A stretch of 52,110 nucleotides of DNA, taken from IMG/VR virus record IMGVR_UViG_3300047409_000613, positions 1-52,110 of that record; one strand, given 5' to 3'. Shown here piece after piece: positions 47,321 to 52,110 of this stretch. Source of the DNA: a virus. Its lineage: Duplodnaviria; Caudoviricetes. The translations under genes were made by a program, and so were the position numbers. Below the pieces are notes generated by a model, which saw only the letters and a list, made by a program, of their open reading frames with translations, did not search any database and was not told where the DNA came from. Positions within the stretch are counted from its first letter, which is position 1; each line of letters starts with the position of its first letter.

Positions 47321-47541
47321 AGGACCAGAGCCTGACGTTCCCGCGGCGGCCGCGCAATCGCGGGGCCTTCGTCGTCGACGGGGACAAGAAGACGATCGGG
47401 CGCATCGGGATGACGGCCGGCGTGCCGATCTTCGAACCGATCGGGAAGATCTTCCTCGAGCAGGACCTGCGCGAGATCGCCGACGCGCTGCAGCGCGAGA
47501 GCCAGGACCTGTCCCTCTTCGCCACGCGGAAGCACGGCTGA
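47317..47541 (+). CDS. Hypothetical protein
   Basis: Coupled ORF. Confidence 0.5.
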   Translation: MKDQSLTFPRRPRNRGAFVVDGDKKTIGRIGMTAGVPIFEPIGKIFLEQDLREIADALQRESQDLSLFATRKHG

Positions 47542-49466
47542 TGCCGACGCTGAATAGTCGCGGCCAGGCGGCGATGGGCCAGGCGGGCGGGCCGGGGTCG
47601 GTGGACCGGCGCGTGCTGCTCGATCCCGGCGGCGAGCTGTGCTGGGTGACCGACGATCTCCTGATCGGCAACACCGGGAGCGATGCGGCGGGCTGGCAGG
47701 TCGTGGCGATCAATCTCACCGGCGCGTGGATCCCGCTCGCGCCCGGCGCGAATACCCTCTGCGCCGGCGGCGGCCGGTGGCTCGGGTGGGCCGATCCTGC
47801 GAAGGGCGGCGCCGGCCTGTTCGGATCGATCACGCACCCGGCCGCGGGTCCCCGCGGCGCCGGCCCGGACGGCACGCTCGCGTACTGCCGGGACTACCAG
47901 TCCGGCCGCGGCCTCGTGCTCCAGGCCCCCGACGGGACCGAGACCGAGGCGCCCGCCGACATCTACGCGCTCGACGTGCAGGTGCTCGGCCCGACGTCGG
48001 CCTTGTGGAACGACGGACACGATCACACCGAGGTCCTGGGCCGCGCGCCGGTGCGTCCGGCGCTCCCGTCGTGGCGGCTGCGCCTCGTCACGGTCGATAG
48101 CGTCGACTATCTGATCTACTGGTCGGAAGGTACCGGCCTCGTCGTGCAAGTCGACGGCGCGGCCGACGGGTGGATCCTCGAGCCGCGGCCGATCGCGTTC
48201 AATCACGGTGCGCGCGAGGTAAACGGCGCGCTCGTGGTCACCTGGTCGACCACCTCCGGCGAAGGCCCGAACGACCTGGTTACGGTGACCGTCGATCGGA
48301 CGCAGCCGCGCGTCCCCCTCGTCCCGTCCGTCCAGGTCCCGGCGATCGGCCGACCGCTCTGGGTGGGGCCGTTCTATTTCGGCGCCGGGAAGGTCGCATT
48401 CCCTGGGAACTGCACACTGCCGGTCGTCCAGGGCGCGCCGCGGCTGCTCCTGACGTCCCGCGCGGGCGACGTGCTCGCGGCCTATGTGGCGGGCAATCCG
48501 GACGGCGACGTCGACGCCCTGGAGCGCGCGATCGCCGCGTCGCAGCAGCTGGGCCCGGAGCCGGTGCTCGCGTACTGGACCGCGGCCGCGCAACGCGGGC
48601 GTCTGCCCCACGGCGCCGCAATCGTTGGGGTCGAGGCCTACCGCCACGTCGACGAGTCGCTCGCGGTGTTCGAGACGCGCGTCGCCGCGGCCGTCGCCCG
48701 CATTGCTGATCGCGCATTTCTGATCGCCCAGTGTTACTCGAGCAACGCCAACAACACAGCCGACCTGGTCAGCCTCGTGCCGATCTACGCGCGCCTCGCG
48801 CGGGCGCACGCGACCATCGAAGGCATCCTCGTCTTCAGCGCCGGCGCGCGCGCGAGCGGCTGGGACGACCACCCGGAGGTGCGCGATGCGTGGCGGCGTC
48901 TCACAGAAGGCATCGCTGGAACGCCGGCTGTGCCGCCTGCTTCGGATCCGGGACCAACTGCGCCGCCTCCACCACCGCCTCACTCACCACCTGTCGATCC
49001 GCCCGGCCCGCCGGCGGCGTCGCGGTTTGCACTCGCGAAAGAGGTAACCATGTCCGAACCCACACGTGTCGCCCTGCGGCTGGGGCAGTACTTTGCCAGC
49101 GTCGACCCGGCCGAGATGGGGACGCGGCTCTACGGCTTCGGCCCGCTCCGCTTCAAAAAAGAGACCGCGCGCACGGACCCGCACGCCGCATTCACGATGA
49201 CCCCGATCGGGTCGAACAAATTCCTCGTGCGGCCCGAGTCCGTGCCGACCGGCGCGGTCTCGATCGACGCGACCGAGTTCAGCGGGGAGATCGCCGAGGA
49301 GTTCGGAATCAAGCCGAACGTCGCGGACGGCGACGTGGGGCCCGACAGCTACGAGGCGCTGAGCGGCTGGACGCTCGGGGTGACGGGCGTCGTGATCCTG
49401 CTCGTCCACTACAACCGGAACGGGGAGCAGTACGAGTCGGCGTGTCTCACGATGGTGAAACTGTGA
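47541..49466 (+). CDS. Multidomain protein (beta-rich N-part, alpha/beta domain, Pro linker, C-domain)
   Basis: Long ORF; possible carbohydrate-active enzyme (inferred). Confidence 0.6.
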   Translation: MPTLNSRGQAAMGQAGGPGSVDRRVLLDPGGELCWVTDDLLIGNTGSDAAGWQVVAINLTGAWIPLAPGANTLCAGGGRWLGWADPAKGGAGLFGSITHPAAGPRGAGPDGTLAYCRDYQSGRGLVLQAPDGTETEAPADIYALDVQVLGPTSALWNDGHDHTEVLGRAPVRPALPSWRLRLVTVDSVDYLIYWSEGTGLVVQVDGAADGWILEPRPIAFNHGAREVNGALVVTWSTTSGEGPNDLVTVTVDRTQPRVPLVPSVQVPAIGRPLWVGPFYFGAGKVAFPGNCTLPVVQGAPRLLLTSRAGDVLAAYVAGNPDGDVDALERAIAASQQLGPEPVLAYWTAAAQRGRLPHGAAIVGVEAYRHVDESLAVFETRVAAAVARIADRAFLIAQCYSSNANNTADLVSLVPIYARLARAHATIEGILVFSAGARASGWDDHPEVRDAWRRLTEGIAGTPAVPPASDPGPTAPPPPPPHSPPVDPPGPPAASRFALAKEVTMSEPTRVALRLGQYFASVDPAEMGTRLYGFGPLRFKKETARTDPHAAFTMTPIGSNKFLVRPESVPTGAVSIDATEFSGEIAEEFGIKPNVADGDVGPDSYEALSGWTLGVTGVVILLVHYNRNGEQYESACLTMVKL

Positions 49467-50638
49467 CACCCGGCCTGACCTTCCCGCTCGCGACGCCGTA
49501 CAGCGGCGCCGGCCGGGGCACGATCGCCGGCCGCCTCCGCGTCATCGAGGGGCGCTTCGCGACCGACGCCGGCGTCACCGGCCTGCACACGATCAGCGAG
49601 TTCAGCGGCGCGCACCTCTGTCGCACCGGGAACGCGGGGGAGTTCGAGCGCCGGCTCGATCGCGCGGCCGCGGCCCGGCGTAACGGCGCGCGCGTGTTTC
49701 TCATGGCGCGCAACCTCTTCGACTTGTCGCCCATGCAGCCCGGGTACTGGGACGCGGCGACGCGGGCGGTCGACCTCGCGGCCGCGCGCGGCCTCTACAC
49801 CGAGACGTGCCTCTTTCCCGACGCGCAGATGGTGATGCCGTCGGCCGACGACCGGCGGGCGCTCGTGACGGACTACGGCGCCTGGTGTCGCGCCCACGTG
49901 AGCGTGTTGCCCTCGCTGGCCAACGAGGCCGGCGCGAACGGGTGGGACAGCGTCACCGACCCCGCGCTCCTCGAGCTCGCGGACCGCTTCGCGGACGCCT
50001 ACGGCTCGCGCGACTTCTTGATCGGGGACGTGCCCGACGTCGTCACGGACGGACAGGAACCCCTCCGCGGCCGGCTGCTCACCCTCGCCGCGCGCAGTAG
50101 CGTGCTCAGCGTGCACGACGACCGGGCCGAGGACGCCGCCCGGTTCGCGCGGTGGGTCGATCACCTGAAGGGCCTCGCCGAGTATCGCGACGCCGTGAAG
50201 GGCTGTGCCCTCTACCATGGCGAACCGATGGGGATGGCGAGCGTGCGCGACGTGCCGATCGGCAACGGCAAAACCTACCGGCGGGAGAACCGCGCCGAGG
50301 CGCTCGTGGCCGCGACCTGCATCGCCGCGATCACGCAGACCGGGTTCTGTACGCACTACATCAGTGAACAGGACGATACGGTCCCGGGCCTCATGGAGTC
50401 GGCGATCGCGGCGGACATTCCGCAGGGGCCGGACTGGCGCTTCATCAACGCCGCGATCGGCGGCTCGCCGGTCACCGGGTTCTCGGGCTGGGAGAAGGTC
50501 CGGCCGTCGACGAACGGCGCCGAGGCGTGGGCGTGTGCATACGGACTGTCGAAAGGGACGATCACCTGGGCCGACGGCTTCATCCCCGAGAAGGTCTTCG
50601 ACGGCGTGAACGTCGAAATCTGGCACGCGCACCGATGA
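49463..50638 (+). CDS. Putative TIM-barrel glycoside hydrolase (clan A-like)
   Basis: SLANE motif and HGEP; GTGA overlap with the upstream gene. Confidence 0.5.
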   Translation: MTPGLTFPLATPYSGAGRGTIAGRLRVIEGRFATDAGVTGLHTISEFSGAHLCRTGNAGEFERRLDRAAAARRNGARVFLMARNLFDLSPMQPGYWDAATRAVDLAAARGLYTETCLFPDAQMVMPSADDRRALVTDYGAWCRAHVSVLPSLANEAGANGWDSVTDPALLELADRFADAYGSRDFLIGDVPDVVTDGQEPLRGRLLTLAARSSVLSVHDDRAEDAARFARWVDHLKGLAEYRDAVKGCALYHGEPMGMASVRDVPIGNGKTYRRENRAEALVAATCIAAITQTGFCTHYISEQDDTVPGLMESAIAADIPQGPDWRFINAAIGGSPVTGFSGWEKVRPSTNGAEAWACAYGLSKGTITWADGFIPEKVFDGVNVEIWHAHR

Positions 50639-51081
50639 AGAAGAGCCCGCTCGCGCGCCTCACGATTGCCCTCATGGGCCGAGACAATCGCGATTGGCCG
50701 GCGATGTTGGCGCGCGTCGACGACCTGAAGGCGGCCGCGGTGCTCCCTCCTGCGCGCGCGGCGCTCTTGCGCGTGCTGGCCGAGATGCCGGACGAGGCCT
50801 TCGGGTGGCTCGTCGTGATGATCGCGCACGTCAAGGGGAGCGGGCAGATCTGGCCGGACGGGTTGGGCGGGTTCCGTCCGGAGTCTCGCGCCTCGATCGA
50901 GGCCGCGGTCAAGGCAGCACTGGCGATCATGAACGGCCCCGGCGACGTGGACGGACCGACCGACCAGGCGCCGGATCCGGCGGACGCGTCTCAACTCGCC
51001 GACGCGACGACGCCAGGGATCCGGATCACCTACGTGCCGCGCCGACCACGGAAACGGAAACGGAAAGGACGGACCTCATGA
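50635..51081 (+). CDS. Hypothetical protein
   Basis: Coupled ORF. Confidence 0.5.
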   Translation: MKKSPLARLTIALMGRDNRDWPAMLARVDDLKAAAVLPPARAALLRVLAEMPDEAFGWLVVMIAHVKGSGQIWPDGLGGFRPESRASIEAAVKAALAIMNGPGDVDGPTDQAPDPADASQLADATTPGIRITYVPRRPRKRKRKGRTS

Positions 51082-51695
51082 TGATCTTCGCGCTCGTCAC
51101 CCTCGTGACCCTGCTGCTGGCGCTCCAAACCCCGTACTTCCGGCGCCGCCACCCGCGGCCGCCGCGCGACATTCACGCCGGCTCGGTCTCCGACGCGCAT
51201 CTCGCGCGGCTCACCGCCGATGATGCGCGGCTGCGGCACCGGCTGCTGCTGCCGATCGTACTGCTCAGCGCGCTCGCGATCGCCACCCCGAGCTGCGTCC
51301 ACACGCCCCCGACGACGACGCCGGCGCCGATCGGCACGCCGGCGGCCGCGCATCTCGCGCAGGTGCAACGCGTGCTCGACGCCACGCGCAAGGTCGGCCT
51401 GGTGGCGGAGCAGGTGCAAGCCGCGGAGATCGCGCTCTACCGGGGCGGCTCGGTGCCGGCGTTGACCGCCGCGGTCCACGCGACGATTCAGACCGCGTTC
51501 CAGAAAACCGCGGCCTCGGTCATCGCGGCGACCGGTGCGCTGGTGCACGCCGTCGAGACGACCGATCCCGCGACCGTGGTCCGCGCGCTGCGGGACGGCG
51601 TCACGGATCTCGCGAAGGCGTTGCAGCTGTATTCCGCGTCGCTCGCGGGCTGGCTGGGCACGGCGGACGCGCTGCTCGAGCTCGCGCTGGCGTGA
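51078..51695 (+). CDS. Membrane/lipoprotein, possible spanin-like
   Basis: Two hydrophobic segments, the second ending ATPSC; helical body. Confidence 0.5.
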   Translation: MMIFALVTLVTLLLALQTPYFRRRHPRPPRDIHAGSVSDAHLARLTADDARLRHRLLLPIVLLSALAIATPSCVHTPPTTTPAPIGTPAAAHLAQVQRVLDATRKVGLVAEQVQAAEIALYRGGSVPALTAAVHATIQTAFQKTAASVIAATGALVHAVETTDPATVVRALRDGVTDLAKALQLYSASLAGWLGTADALLELALA

Positions 51696-51752
51696 CCGGT
51701 GCTGAAGTGGTGGCTGACGGGCGTCGTGCTCGTGAAAGAACGGAGATCGGAA

Positions 51753-52019
51753 ATGACCCTCACCGACAAGATCCTGAAAGTGTTGACGCTCGTGCCGCTG
51801 CCGCTCGTGCCGCAGGCCGCGCAGATCGTCCAGGCCGTCCTCCTCGTCTCGCACGAGGCGCACGCCGAGGCCGCGGCCGCGGGCTTGCCCCCGCCCACCG
51901 TCGCGGAGCTCGAGGCGGCGCTCGCCGAGGCGCTCACGCTCGCGCAGGAACCGTGGCGCCGGATTCAGGCGAAGGCCGATGCCGAGCTCAAGAGACCCGG
52001 CAACGACACCCGCGAGTGA
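51753..52019 (+). CDS. Hypothetical helical protein
   Basis: GGAG SD before ATG 51753. Confidence 0.55.
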   Translation: MTLTDKILKVLTLVPLPLVPQAAQIVQAVLLVSHEAHAEAAAAGLPPPTVAELEAALAEALTLAQEPWRRIQAKADAELKRPGNDTRE

Positions 52020-52110
52020 GCCGCGCTGCCCGTGGTGTGGCGAGCTCCGCGGGCTCGAGCCGATCGGCGGGATCTGGTTCTGCGTCGTCTGCAGCCACAC
52101 CTTCCTCTGG
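51979..52110 (+). CDS. Small Zn-ribbon protein spanning the circular junction (ends at 178)
   Basis: MPSSRDP...RCPWCGE...WFCVVCSHTF; stop at 176-178. Confidence 0.55.
   Translation, partial: MPSSRDPATTPASEPRCPWCGELRGLEPIGGIWFCVVCSHTFLW
51990..52110. repeat. Direct terminal repeat, right copy
   Basis: Identical to 1-121. Confidence 0.97.

Overview
This window looks like a complete circular genome of a high-GC temperate siphovirus with a lambda-type head module. Bases 1-121 are repeated exactly at 51990-52110, giving a unit length of 51,989 bp, and a small Zn-ribbon ORF reads through the junction. Gene order: attP (3' half of tRNA-Glu-TTC, flanked by GGGACAACTT arm-type repeats) and a tyrosine integrase; a leftward accessory operon; a cI/cro switch; an early right operon (excisionase, ~400-nt structured non-coding stretch, putative recombination protein plus Cas4-like nuclease, DUF1376 replication gene and origin, RusA, metallopeptidase, an ATPase plus multi-HTH cassette, ASCH); then a second att-like site (3' half of tRNA-Pro-GGG) opening a satellite/PICI-like block (AlpA, Xis, frameshifted Rep with iterons, helicase loader-like gene, paralogous head-closure gene); then terS/terL, gpW, portal, ClpP protease, decoration, MCP, tail, tape measure, tail fibre and lysis genes. 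Most notable: (1) the embedded satellite-like module with its own att site, origin and a duplicate head-tail joining gene; (2) a candidate large structured ncRNA; (3) virion proteins with export-like N-terminal leaders; (4) a coupled ATPase plus ~7x excisionase-HTH cassette; (5) an integrase lacking the first catalytic Arg. All protein calls come from motif recognition by eye; no searches were run. The host is unknown (an acidobacterial host is only an impression).
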